DNA from: Minisyncoccia bacterium
GTDB lineage: Bacteria > Patescibacteriota > Minisyncoccia > Phycocordibacterales > UBA5272
Reading direction: 5' to 3'
DNA length: 64,000 nucleotides
Assembly: GCA_038256975.1 (NCBI GenBank)
Contig: JBBSJU010000002.1
Span: 65,064-129,063, forward strand
The notes beneath the pieces were generated by a model. The model was not told the DNA's origin. It made no database searches and saw only the letters and a program-made list of their open reading frames with translations. This document shows, piece after piece, positions 34,507 to 43,867 of this stretch. Each line of letters opens with the position of its first letter. Position 1 is the first letter of the stretch. The position numbers and the translations under genes are program-made.

Positions 34507-35469
34507 ATGAAAATAAACTCGTCGGATGTTCAATACGCTCCTATTCGTCAAGGGTTTGGCGAAGGGTTGCTTGAGGCAGGAGAAAAAGATTCTCGCATTG
34601 TTGCTTTATGTGCAGATTTAACCGATTCGACTAAAATTTCTTTATTTAAAGAAAAATTTCCAGAACGTTTTTTTGAAGTAGGAATCACAGAACAAAATAT
34701 GTCAGGAGTTGCTTCAGGGATGGCGGCTATGGGTAAGGTTCCATTTATGGCGTCCTACGCAATGTTTTCTCCTGGGCGGAATTGGGAACAAATTCGCACC
34801 ACTATTAGTTATAATGATGTAAATGTAAAAATTGTCGGCGCCCATGCGGGAGTTTCTGTCGGTCCAGATGGGGGTACACATCAAGCTATTGAAGACATTG
34901 CTCTCATGCGGGTTCTTCCACGAATGACTGTTGTGGTTCCATGTGATGCTGTTGAAGCAAAAAAGGCCACACTCGCTATTGCTGAAACAGTGGGTGCTTC
35001 GTATATTCGTCTTGGTCGTGAAAAGACTCCAATTGTTACTGACGATGCAACTCCGTTTGTACTAGGAAAGGCGTATACGATTTTTGAGTCAGAGGTGCGG
35101 AATGACGCAAAGAAGGTCGGAATCATTGCGTGCGGTACGCTTGTGTATCACGCAATCGGTGCAGCCCAAAAGTTGGAAGAAGAAGGATGTGAGGTTGCGG
35201 TTTTAAATCTTCACACAATTAAGCCTCTTGATGCCGAAGCGGTTCTTTCTTTTGCAAAACGCTTCGAAAAAATTGTCACCGCAGAGGAACATCAGGTTGC
35301 GGGTGGTATGGGAAGTGTGATCGCAGAATTCTTGGCTCAAAATTATCCTGTGCCAATGCGATTCATTGGTATACAAGACAAATACGGACAATCTGGTACC
35401 CAAGACGAACTTTTCAAACACTATAAACTTACCGCAGATGATGTTGTCAGAGCGGCAAAGGAACTTTAG
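34507..35469 (+). CDS. transketolase, C-terminal (pyrimidine-binding) subunit
   Basis: GITEQNMSGVASGMAAMGKVPF, the transketolase central/C-terminal domains. Confidence 0.85.
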   Translation: MKINSSDVQYAPIRQGFGEGLLEAGEKDSRIVALCADLTDSTKISLFKEKFPERFFEVGITEQNMSGVASGMAAMGKVPFMASYAMFSPGRNWEQIRTTISYNDVNVKIVGAHAGVSVGPDGGTHQAIEDIALMRVLPRMTVVVPCDAVEAKKATLAIAETVGASYIRLGREKTPIVTDDATPFVLGKAYTIFESEVRNDAKKVGIIACGTLVYHAIGAAQKLEEEGCEVAVLNLHTIKPLDAEAVLSFAKRFEKIVTAEEHQVAGGMGSVIAEFLAQNYPVPMRFIGIQDKYGQSGTQDELFKHYKLTADDVVRAAKEL

Positions 35470-36295
35470 TTTTTAACTGAAGCAGTGTGGCGTATACAGG
35501 CTCAAGGCTTCCGTCATCCTCAATAACAAGGTCAAACTTTTCTGCAAATCTTGGAAGTAAATCTATCTTTTCCTCTGGATCTTTTTCATTGAGAAGCCCT
35601 ATCCGAACTATGTGATGGTGATTCTGATCCAGTACCATCCTTGCATCGCTAAGTGAATCGCCAAAAAGGAGCACATCTTTTCTTTCAAGAAGTTTTTTGT
35701 GTGTTTCGGGAAAAGATTTCAATATATTTTCATCTTTATTAAGTGCGTGAATGAGTGGGGGAATGTATGAGCTAACAAGATCATCTTTATATTCAAATCG
35801 ATTAGAAATGATAGTTACATTTTCAAATAAAATACTGTGACGCTCAAGAAAAGATCGGATTGAATCAAACCCTGTGCCAGATGCTGAAAAAATAATTATC
35901 GGAATCTGGTTTTCTTTTGCAAAACAAAACAAATTAACAACTCCTTCTCTAACAAGAAGACTCTTGTGGTACGATACTTCGTGGATGTTTTTTTGAGAAA
36001 GTTTATGTTTGATGAGTAATTGAATGTGTTTTTGCCACCACTCTTCCATTTTCTGCGTCTTTATTTCCAAAGGAATACTGGGATCAAGTTCAATAGGTTG
36101 GTATGTAGACATTAAAGCATGTGCTTGTTTTGAGTACTCTTCGTTTAGAATATTTTCATTTCTAAAAATGGAAATAATGGAAGGGGTTTTTACTATCCCG
36201 TTATATTTTTTGTTTATTGTTCCATCAAAGTCAAAAATGAACGCTACTTTCTCCGAGTGTATTTTTTTAATTTTTTCTTGGAAAGGAGTGTTCAT
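35447..36295 (-). CDS. HAD-superfamily pyrimidine 5'-nucleotidase (UMPH-1-like)
   Basis: DFDGT (HAD motif I) and FGDSLSD (motif IV). 282 aa. Confidence 0.55.
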   Translation of the reverse strand: MNTPFQEKIKKIHSEKVAFIFDFDGTINKKYNGIVKTPSIISIFRNENILNEEYSKQAHALMSTYQPIELDPSIPLEIKTQKMEEWWQKHIQLLIKHKLSQKNIHEVSYHKSLLVREGVVNLFCFAKENQIPIIIFSASGTGFDSIRSFLERHSILFENVTIISNRFEYKDDLVSSYIPPLIHALNKDENILKSFPETHKKLLERKDVLLFGDSLSDARMVLDQNHHHIVRIGLLNEKDPEEKIDLLPRFAEKFDLVIEDDGSLEPVYATLLQLKTKVPLPL

Positions 36296-37290
36296 TATTG
36301 TATTTCTTGAGGTTTATAGTTTTCAGGTGTTGAACGAAGGAATTGTTCAAGTTCTTCTCTGGTGAGTAATCCCTTTTGTGCACCAACATACTGTACAACT
36401 GAAGCGGAGTTTACTGGCGCCCACATAATAGCCCCAAGTGGAGTAAGTCCAAGCGCCAGTGCCGAAACAAACGTTGAGGCAAAGGAATCTCCTGCACCAG
36501 TGCGTTCAAGGGGTGGTTTTGCGTCAGGGTAGGGTGGCATAAAGTAACTCTTACCTTCAGCCAACATATATGCACCACGCTTACCATCAGTGATGACAAC
36601 TATTTTTGGTCCGCGTACATGGATTGACTTCAAGAGATCCGGAACAGGTGACGTAGTGTCTCCAAGTAGTCCCTGGGCTTCTTCAACATTACAAACAAAT
36701 ACCTCTGTGCGTGCGTATAAGCTCTTGAGTCGGTCCAAACCAAGTTTTAGTTGGTAAGTACCAGGTTGGAAAGCAAGCTTCACACTCGGGTGTTTTTGAA
36801 GGTAGTCAGTAATGGTGTCGTGAAAATTTTCTGCTTCTTCGGCAAAAGAACTTAAGTACATCCATTTTGGGGCTGCGAAGTGAGCGGGAAGGTTGTATGT
36901 GTAGGCTTCGTGTTTGATAAGAATCGTTCGTTCATCCTGAAACCAAAGTACGTAATGATAATTTGTTTTCTTGCCTTCATGCCGAACAATGTATTCAATA
37001 GAAACATTGTCGTCTTTTAGGTGGGTTATACATTTATCAGCATACATATCATCTCCAATATTTGTAATCAAGGCAGAAGAAAGTCCGAGGCGTGCGGCTG
37101 CAACGCTTGCATTTGCTGAATTACCTACAGCGGGGAGTTCGTATACTGCTTCATATGGAATTTTGGTTCCAAAATCTAGACAAAGTTTGGCATTTTTTTG
37201 ATTTGCATCATAGTGCACCTCTGCTTCCTGTAGGTGAATAAAGGCATCAATTACTGTGTCGCCAATAGCTACAAAATCGTATTCTTTCAT
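36295..37290 (-). CDS. PfkB-family carbohydrate/nucleoside kinase
   Basis: N-terminal GDTVIDAF and C-terminal GAGDSFASTF (PfkB signature 2). Confidence 0.75.
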   Translation of the reverse strand: MKEYDFVAIGDTVIDAFIHLQEAEVHYDANQKNAKLCLDFGTKIPYEAVYELPAVGNSANASVAAARLGLSSALITNIGDDMYADKCITHLKDDNVSIEYIVRHEGKKTNYHYVLWFQDERTILIKHEAYTYNLPAHFAAPKWMYLSSFAEEAENFHDTITDYLQKHPSVKLAFQPGTYQLKLGLDRLKSLYARTEVFVCNVEEAQGLLGDTTSPVPDLLKSIHVRGPKIVVITDGKRGAYMLAEGKSYFMPPYPDAKPPLERTGAGDSFASTFVSALALGLTPLGAIMWAPVNSASVVQYVGAQKGLLTREELEQFLRSTPENYKPQEIQ

Positions 37291-37294
37291 GGTT

Positions 37295-37927
37295 CTATTG
37301 TACCGTACGTTTGTGTATTTTTACTATCTTACGCGACCCTCTGAAAACCACGGAAATCATATTGCCAAGTGTTTGTAGGTGTTGCAAATAAAGAGCTTCC
37401 GTTTCGACACCAATCCGGAGTCTTTTTAAGAGTTCCTCTCGAGTTTCTTCCCCCTGGATGTCTTTCAGGATTGCCTTTTTAATAGCCTCCGGGCTTTTAA
37501 TTGCGTACAATACCTGACCACCATTTTTAGTTATACGCATAAGTTCTGACAAAGCTCTTTCGGTTGATGCAGCAGGGCTACTTAAAAAAATTCCATGGAG
37601 TACATTCCGAGAGAGGGTGATGTCAAAAAGATTATCGCCGTACGGAAGAGCTTGGATGTCTCCATGTGTGAGGTATGGATGATTTGGGGATGGTGTTGAG
37701 ATATTAAAATCTACTCCATAGGCGTGGTCATTTCCTAATGTTTTTTTGAGGTACTGTACAAATTCACCTGCCCCTGCACCGACATCAAGAAGGACAGCTT
37801 CTCCGAGTTCTTTTTCAGAAATAGAAAAATCATCCTGGTATTGTTCGAAGGTAATTTTTAACGCAAGAGAGGTTTTCGATTCTTGCGCGAGATGATGTTG
37901 TTCTATGAGATGCTCAACGCTTCGCAT
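37295..37927 (-). CDS. class I SAM-dependent methyltransferase
   Basis: VLLDVGAGAGEF (motif I). Confidence 0.6.
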   Translation of the reverse strand: MRSVEHLIEQHHLAQESKTSLALKITFEQYQDDFSISEKELGEAVLLDVGAGAGEFVQYLKKTLGNDHAYGVDFNISTPSPNHPYLTHGDIQALPYGDNLFDITLSRNVLHGIFLSSPAASTERALSELMRITKNGGQVLYAIKSPEAIKKAILKDIQGEETREELLKRLRIGVETEALYLQHLQTLGNMISVVFRGSRKIVKIHKRTVQ

Positions 37928-37939
37928 TCAAATAGTATA

Positions 37940-39385
37940 CTATTTTCCGTCAAGAAAGTTTTGAATATGTCTTCGGGCATCATTTGTTTTTACATACTCG
38001 AGCCATTTGCGAGTTGGTTTTGCGCTTTCTTTTGTTTCTATCTCAACAATATCAGAGCTTGTAAGTGGGGTAGAGAGCGTTGCCATTTTTCCATTTACCT
38101 TCACCCCCGCTAAATGACTTCCTAAATCAGAGTGAATGGCGTATGCAAAATCAATAGGGGTTGCACCACGAGGAAGGTCAACCACTTCACCTTTCGGCGT
38201 GAGAACAAACACTCGTTTATCAAACACCTCAGCTTTGAGTATATTCATGAGCTCGTGAGATCCAACATCTTCTTGCCAGTGGAGTAATTGCTGTACCCAC
38301 GTGGTATTTTTGGCAATTTCTTTAGAGATATTATCTTTACCAACTTCTTTGTACATCAAGTGGGAAGCGATACCAAGTTCGGCTTCGTCATGCATTTTCT
38401 GAGTACGGATTTGTATTTCCACCGTGCTTCCGTCTCCCGTAAAAATAGTTGTATGGAGACTTTGGTAGCCGTTTGGTTTTGGAACCGCGATGTAGTCTTT
38501 AATGCGGCCAGGAATTGGTCGCCAGTTTTTATGGATAACACCAAGAGCTCGATAACATTCTTCAGGCGAGTCTACGATGATACGAATTGCGATGAGATCG
38601 TAGATTTTATTAATATCCATGTCGTATCGCTCCAACTTTCGCCACAATGAATAGAGGTGCTTTGCGCGGTAACTAATCGAAGTCTTGATGTTTTGTTCTG
38701 CAAGCTTCCGTTTTAGTTTCCGGAACATTTTCTGGACATGTTCATCATCATCTTGTTTACGTGTCTGCAAAAGTTTAACAACTTTTTTATAATCATTCGG
38801 ATATACGTAAGGAAAGGCGTAATCTTCGAGCTCTCCTTTCATTTTTGCAATTCCAAGTCGGTCAGCAAGACGTGCGTGGATTTCAAGGGTCTCAACCGCA
38901 ATACGCATCTGTTTTTCTTTTTTAACGAACTCAAGAGTTTGAATATTGTGAAGACGGTCAGCAAGTTTGATAATCACAACACGGATATCTTTCGCCATTG
39001 CAATAAAAAACTTTCGGAGCGATTCCACGTGTCGTTCAACTCCTTGGTATTTTAATTTTCCAAGTTTGGTGACACCTTGTACAAGGAAGGTGATGTCTTC
39101 TCCAAATTCTTTTTTGAATTCTTCTTCAGTAACTTGCGGACAGTCTTCAAGCACATCGTGGAGCATGGCGGCACAAATGGTGTGACTGTCTATGTTGAGT
39201 TCAGCTACGTTTTTTGCAGTTGCAAACACGTGGTTAAAGTATGGTTCACCATTTTTTCGTTCTTGACCCTCGTGAGCCTTTTTTGCAAAATGGTATGCCT
39301 TTTCAATGAGTGCAATCTCAGAGAGCTTCTTATCCTTAAGAAGGGGTTTTAATTCGGAAAAAGGTTTCGTTGGTATGGTTGCCAT
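37940..39385 (-). CDS. rel: RelA/SpoT-family (p)ppGpp synthetase/hydrolase (short form: HD + synthetase + TGS)
   Basis: HD motif AAMLHDVLED, synthetase domain (YQSLHTTIF..), TGS domain (VFVLTPKGEVVDLPRGATPIDFAYAIHSDLG). Confidence 0.85.
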   Translation of the reverse strand: MATIPTKPFSELKPLLKDKKLSEIALIEKAYHFAKKAHEGQERKNGEPYFNHVFATAKNVAELNIDSHTICAAMLHDVLEDCPQVTEEEFKKEFGEDITFLVQGVTKLGKLKYQGVERHVESLRKFFIAMAKDIRVVIIKLADRLHNIQTLEFVKKEKQMRIAVETLEIHARLADRLGIAKMKGELEDYAFPYVYPNDYKKVVKLLQTRKQDDDEHVQKMFRKLKRKLAEQNIKTSISYRAKHLYSLWRKLERYDMDINKIYDLIAIRIIVDSPEECYRALGVIHKNWRPIPGRIKDYIAVPKPNGYQSLHTTIFTGDGSTVEIQIRTQKMHDEAELGIASHLMYKEVGKDNISKEIAKNTTWVQQLLHWQEDVGSHELMNILKAEVFDKRVFVLTPKGEVVDLPRGATPIDFAYAIHSDLGSHLAGVKVNGKMATLSTPLTSSDIVEIETKESAKPTRKWLEYVKTNDARRHIQNFLDGK

Positions 39386-39432
39386 TTCTTATATACAACC
39401 ATCTTATAGCGAAGAAGACAAGTATTTCTTAA

Positions 39433-41850
39433 TTATCTTTTTCTGCGTGTACTTGCAGAATTAATAATGTCGATAACTTCATCAAGACTTATTGTCTCAA
39501 CATTCATGCTGTCAGGAATATAAATACGCTGCAAACCCTGCTTTACAAAGAATCCTGACTTTGAGTTCAAGATTTGAATTTCACGTTTTGTTTTTGGATG
39601 AATCCCAACAGTACGCACAAGTGTTGCACCTTTTGGCAATGCTTTAGGTGTGTTTAAAAGTACCACTGCTTGCTCAAGGGTTATGGTGTATGCATCGAGT
39701 GGTTTTTTGATAGATCTAAATTCTCGGTTACGTCCAACGTATGGCCCAAAGCGTCCGTTGTTTGCAATGATAGGTTCTCCTGTTTTTGGATCTGTGCCCA
39801 AATCGCGTGGAAGCTCAAGAAGTTTAATCGCCATTTCAGCAGTAAGATCTTCTGGCTTGAAACGCGGAGGAAGACTTGCTCGTTTTGGCGTAGGCACTAT
39901 TGGCGCTGCGACTTCATCTGCAACTTTCTTTTTCTTTCCTTTTACTTTTGGTTCTTTATTAGGACTTTTGCCAAGTTGCACGTATGGTCCAAAACGTCCC
40001 GTGAGAAGATAAATAGCTTCGCCTGTTTTTGAATCGAAAGCAAAAGGTTTTTCTTCACCAACTTCCTGACCATCAAGCGTCAGTGCGCCTGTACATTCTG
40101 GGTATCGAGAACAAGATAAAAATTTCCCACTTTTACCGAGCTTGATAACCATGTCACTTCCACAAATAGGGCATCGAATAGAAGCGTCTGCTTTTCCTAA
40201 ATCAGTTGCTTTGCCCGCACTCTTATCTTTCTCTTTTACATCTTTAAGAAATGGTTTGTAAAACTCTTCGAGAGTTTTTCTGTATGTGCGTGTGCCGTTT
40301 GCAATTTCGTCGAGCTCGTCTTCCATTTCTGCGGTAAATGAGTCGCTGATATATTTTCCAAAGTGTTCTTCAAGGAAACTACTCACTACATCGCCGGTGT
40401 CAGTGGGGAAGAGTGTTTTACCTTGTTTCTCCACATATCCACGTTCTTCGATGGTAGAGATGATAGATGCGTATGTAGAAGGTCGTCCAATACCACGCTT
40501 TTCAAGTTCTTTAACCAGTCCTGCTTCGGTATAACGGCTCGGTGGTTCTGTTTGTTTTTGTAACGATCGAAGTTCAAGAACTTTCAAAGCATCTTGTGCT
40601 TTGAGTGCGGGTAATTCAACATCTTCACCCTTACCATCTGGATCAGCAAGCAACCATCCTGGGAAAAGAGTAATCGAGCCGTTTACAGAAAAGTTTGGAA
40701 TAGTTTCTTTGCTTCCAACGACATTGGCTGAAATTTTTGTACGTAACACTTTTGCGTCACTCATTTGTGAAGCAAGTGTTCGTCCCCAAATGAGTCCGTA
40801 GAGTTCTTTTTCATCATCAGTTGCACCAGCATGCCCTACACTTGCATGTGTTGGCCGAATTGCCTCGTGGGCTTCCTGAGCATTTTTTGATTTTGTTTTG
40901 TATTGTCGAACTTCAAGATAGTCTTTGCCAAATTGTTTTGTAACAACGCTCGCTATTTCTGCAACTGCTTGGGCTGACATGTTGGTACTGTCGGTACGCA
41001 TGTAAGTAATGAAACCTTTTTCGTACAACTTTTGTGCTACGCCCATGGTACGTGATGGTGAGAATCCTAAACGTGAACTCGCTGCTTGTTGCAAAGTAGA
41101 TGTAGTAAATGGAGCCTTCGGACTTCGCTTTGCTTCGCTCTGGGACACGTCCACTACATTCCAATCGTGTGCGTTTCCAATATTAAGGATGCGGGCAACC
41201 TCATCTTTCGTTTTTGGTTCTTCGTCGCACGTAAGTGTGAGCTTTATTTTTTTTGCTGCAGTTGTTTCAAAGTCGCCATCGAGTACAAAGAAAATTTCAG
41301 GAATGAACGCGCGAATTTCTCGTTCTCGTTCCATGATGATACGCAGTGCAGGGGACTGCACTCGCCCAGCCGAAAGTCCATAACGTACTTTTTTCCAGAT
41401 AAGTCCAGAAAGGTCATAGCCCACCAATCTATCAAGAACACGACGCGCCTCCTGAGCTTCTTTCAAGTTCATGTCAATTGCGCGAGGATGCTTGATGGCT
41501 TCAAGCACTGCTTCTTTCGTGATCTCATTAAATGTCACACGTTCTGCGTCTTTCAGGTCGCAGGCTTCTTGTATGTGCCATGCAATCGCTTCGCCTTCTC
41601 GGTCGGGGTCGGTTGCTAAAAGCACTTGGGATGCCTTTTTTGCAAGCTTTTTTATTTCAGCAACTACCGCGTCTTTTCGAGGAGAAATCTCATATGTCGG
41701 AACAAAGCCAGCCTCAATATCAATAGCTTGCTTATTAGATTTAGGAAGATCCCGAACATGCCCAATGCTGGCACGTACGGTATATTCGCCATCGAGATAT
41801 TTTTCGATAGTCTTGGCTTTAGAGGGAGATTCTACAATTAAGAGCTTCAT
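39433..41850 (-). CDS. topA: DNA topoisomerase I
   Basis: Toprim N-terminus MKLLIVESPSKAKTIEKYL..., catalytic Tyr region, C-terminal zinc ribbons. Confidence 0.9.
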   Translation of the reverse strand: MKLLIVESPSKAKTIEKYLDGEYTVRASIGHVRDLPKSNKQAIDIEAGFVPTYEISPRKDAVVAEIKKLAKKASQVLLATDPDREGEAIAWHIQEACDLKDAERVTFNEITKEAVLEAIKHPRAIDMNLKEAQEARRVLDRLVGYDLSGLIWKKVRYGLSAGRVQSPALRIIMEREREIRAFIPEIFFVLDGDFETTAAKKIKLTLTCDEEPKTKDEVARILNIGNAHDWNVVDVSQSEAKRSPKAPFTTSTLQQAASSRLGFSPSRTMGVAQKLYEKGFITYMRTDSTNMSAQAVAEIASVVTKQFGKDYLEVRQYKTKSKNAQEAHEAIRPTHASVGHAGATDDEKELYGLIWGRTLASQMSDAKVLRTKISANVVGSKETIPNFSVNGSITLFPGWLLADPDGKGEDVELPALKAQDALKVLELRSLQKQTEPPSRYTEAGLVKELEKRGIGRPSTYASIISTIEERGYVEKQGKTLFPTDTGDVVSSFLEEHFGKYISDSFTAEMEDELDEIANGTRTYRKTLEEFYKPFLKDVKEKDKSAGKATDLGKADASIRCPICGSDMVIKLGKSGKFLSCSRYPECTGALTLDGQEVGEEKPFAFDSKTGEAIYLLTGRFGPYVQLGKSPNKEPKVKGKKKKVADEVAAPIVPTPKRASLPPRFKPEDLTAEMAIKLLELPRDLGTDPKTGEPIIANNGRFGPYVGRNREFRSIKKPLDAYTITLEQAVVLLNTPKALPKGATLVRTVGIHPKTKREIQILNSKSGFFVKQGLQRIYIPDSMNVETISLDEVIDIINSASTRRKR

Positions 41851-41958
41851 AACTTACTATTCTATAGTATACATGCTGTTTTATTGCAAGTTTCTTGTTT
41901 TTGAAAACACCTCGTTTGCATACAAAGTGGAAGAAAAATAATGATATAATTAAAAATA

Positions 41959-42399
41959 ATGAATACAAATAGTGTGACCACTGAAATGGAAGATATAAAA
42001 ATAAATGTAAAGTTAAAGATTTCAGCACTATGGATAGCTATGCTATTTGTCTTTGCATATGTGGATATTTTTGCATTTTATAAACCAGGAATTATTGAGG
42101 GGATACTGGCGGGGAAAGTAGCTATTTTCGAGGTTAATCAAATGTTCTTGTTCTTCACTACGCTGTACATTTTGATTCCAAGCATGATGGTTTTCCTTTC
42201 TTTAGTATTAAAACCTAAAGCAAATCGTATCACTAATATCATAGTAGGTACGTTGTATGCTGTAAGTATTTTAGGTAGTTGTATAGGAGAAACATGGGCT
42301 TTCTATATATTCGGCAGTATTGTAGAAATTTTATTACTATTATCGATTGTTCGTTACGCATGGAAGTGGCCCAAACAGGAAAGTTCCAGTAGTTATTAG
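41959..42399 (+). CDS. hypothetical membrane protein (4 TM)
   Basis: 146 aa, hydrophobic. Confidence 0.4.
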   Translation: MNTNSVTTEMEDIKINVKLKISALWIAMLFVFAYVDIFAFYKPGIIEGILAGKVAIFEVNQMFLFFTTLYILIPSMMVFLSLVLKPKANRITNIIVGTLYAVSILGSCIGETWAFYIFGSIVEILLLLSIVRYAWKWPKQESSSSY

Positions 42400-42577
42400 T
42401 CGATGGGTTAAGTTAAATAGAGAGTAAGAGAGATCACTGTTAACGCGGTGGTTTTTCTTTTATCCTTCAACCCCCGATTCAAAGGATATATATGTCGCTA
42501 AAGATATACTGCACGCGAAATTTGTGTCAAGGGCTGTTCTCTCACCTAAAATACGCAAAGATTTTATGGAAATGTTA

Positions 42578-42606
42578 TTGACAATGTACACTTGTCATGT
42601 TATATC
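42578..42606 (+). promoter_or_regulatory. promoter P1 (TTGACA-17-TATATC) overlapped by an operator-like inverted repeat TGACAA-N7-TTGTCA
   Basis: TTGACA at 42578-42583. The IR TGACAA (42579-42584) / TTGTCA (42592-42597) lies inside the spacer. Confidence 0.5.
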
Positions 42607-42657
42607 AGGTATGGTAGGGTGTAGGGGATAAGACCTTGTACAGAGAAGAAACCGGCA

Positions 42658-42666
42658 TGGTATAAT
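42658..42666 (+). promoter_or_regulatory. extended -10 element (TGgTATAAT), promoter P2 of the phd/doc operon
   Basis: TGGTATAAT read at 42658-42666. The ATG of the small ORF lies at 42681. Confidence 0.45.
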
Positions 42667-42680
42667 CTATATTAAAGAGT

Positions 42681-42848
42681 ATGACAACACTTGCCTTAAA
42701 CAACACTGAGAAGAAGCGCCTCAAAGTTCTTGTCAAAAAAGGCTACACGAATCTTCCTAAAAAAGAAAAAAAGGAAGCTATCACTTTTATTGCAAAAGAT
42801 TTTTCTACACGCTTTGAAGGTGTGATGAAGAAATTGGCGAATGCATAA
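42681..42848 (+). CDS. putative Phd-like antitoxin (55 aa; below the ORF-track cutoff)
   Basis: Manual translation MTTLALNNTEKKRLKVLVKKGYTNLPKKEKKEAITFIAKDFSTRFEGVMKKLANA. The stop TAA (42846-42848) overlaps the doc start (ATGCATAA). Confidence 0.5.
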   Translation: MTTLALNNTEKKRLKVLVKKGYTNLPKKEKKEAITFIAKDFSTRFEGVMKKLANA

Positions 42849-43266
42849 AGTAATCTACGTAGATTTAGATGCTGTACTGTTGATGATAGAAGTCATCGGA
42901 GACTATCCGCATCAAATGCTCGGCAAGTACATACCTAACATTGACCAGTACTGGATTGAAAACGTCGGTTCATCTATCGAGCGAGCATACTTCGTTTGCA
43001 GTTCACAAGGATTGGATAAGTATGAAGTTGCTTCTAGAATATTCTATAACATCGCTAAAGGGCATTTTACGGGAGACGGCAATAAAAGGTCTGCGTTAAT
43101 ATGTACGTATGTTTTCTTAATGTTTAATAATTTGTTTATAGCAGATCCAAATATGGTATACGCATTTGCACGTAGAGTGGCACGATCGAAAGGGTCAAGA
43201 AAAAGCGCTTTCTGGTTAAGAGAGTGTGCTAAGTTCTTTAAGAAGAACTCTTCAGAGATTCAATAG
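42841..43266 (+). CDS. doc: Doc (death-on-curing) Fic-family toxin
   Basis: Fic/Doc motif HFTGDGNKRSAL (H-x-F-x-D-G-N-K-R). 141 aa. Confidence 0.8.
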   Translation: MHKVIYVDLDAVLLMIEVIGDYPHQMLGKYIPNIDQYWIENVGSSIERAYFVCSSQGLDKYEVASRIFYNIAKGHFTGDGNKRSALICTYVFLMFNNLFIADPNMVYAFARRVARSKGSRKSAFWLRECAKFFKKNSSEIQ

Positions 43267-43448
43267 TTTACTTACGGTAGTGGCATAATTAAGCGTCGCA
43301 CATCCCCCATTCGACGAATGTTAGCGTCGCAAAAGATATATTGTGCGACACTATATTAAATTAACAAAGCCCCGCTTTATCTTACTTTGAGCTATCACTT
43401 TGATTGGCCAGTAAAATATTTGACGGGGCTATTTTGTTCGCACTTCCC

Positions 43449-43796
43449 TCATGCCGTGGAGGCGATAGGTGTGCCAGTTTTGTGGATGTAAGATGTCAAC
43501 CGTTCGAACATCGCAGTGTAGAAGTCTTCGTTGCACCTCCAGGAGCAAACTTGACTTGACACCTCCGTCAGCCTGTCAACAACAAAGCCGTACGGAAGGG
43601 TTACTTTTTTGCAACAAGCGCAAGGGTTCATTGGTACTACAAACTCCCCTGCGCCGCTCCCCTGCTTCTGTTTGAAGGGAACTACATTTCCCTCTTTTTG
43701 GTCAGGCTGTTTTCCTCGGGACTCCTGCCGAGGATTATCGAGTCGTCCATATCCTGCGTTTGAGGCCTTGTTCTTTCTTTGAGGCTTCATACCCAA
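43449..43796 (-). CDS. hypothetical protein: basic disordered N-terminus and a Cys cluster (CACC..C.W.C)
   Basis: 115-aa ORF, moderately GC-enriched. Its 5' end overlaps the alternative upstream start of the helicase ORF. Confidence 0.35.
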   Translation of the reverse strand: MGMKPQRKNKASNAGYGRLDNPRQESRGKQPDQKEGNVVPFKQKQGSGAGEFVVPMNPCACCKKVTLPYGFVVDRLTEVSSQVCSWRCNEDFYTAMFERLTSYIHKTGTPIASTA

Positions 43797-43867
43797 TCTC
43801 CTCTCTGTTGATGGGTACTTATAGTTCTATCACGGAAAGTCTAAGTTGCAAATTGAGTTATACTCTT

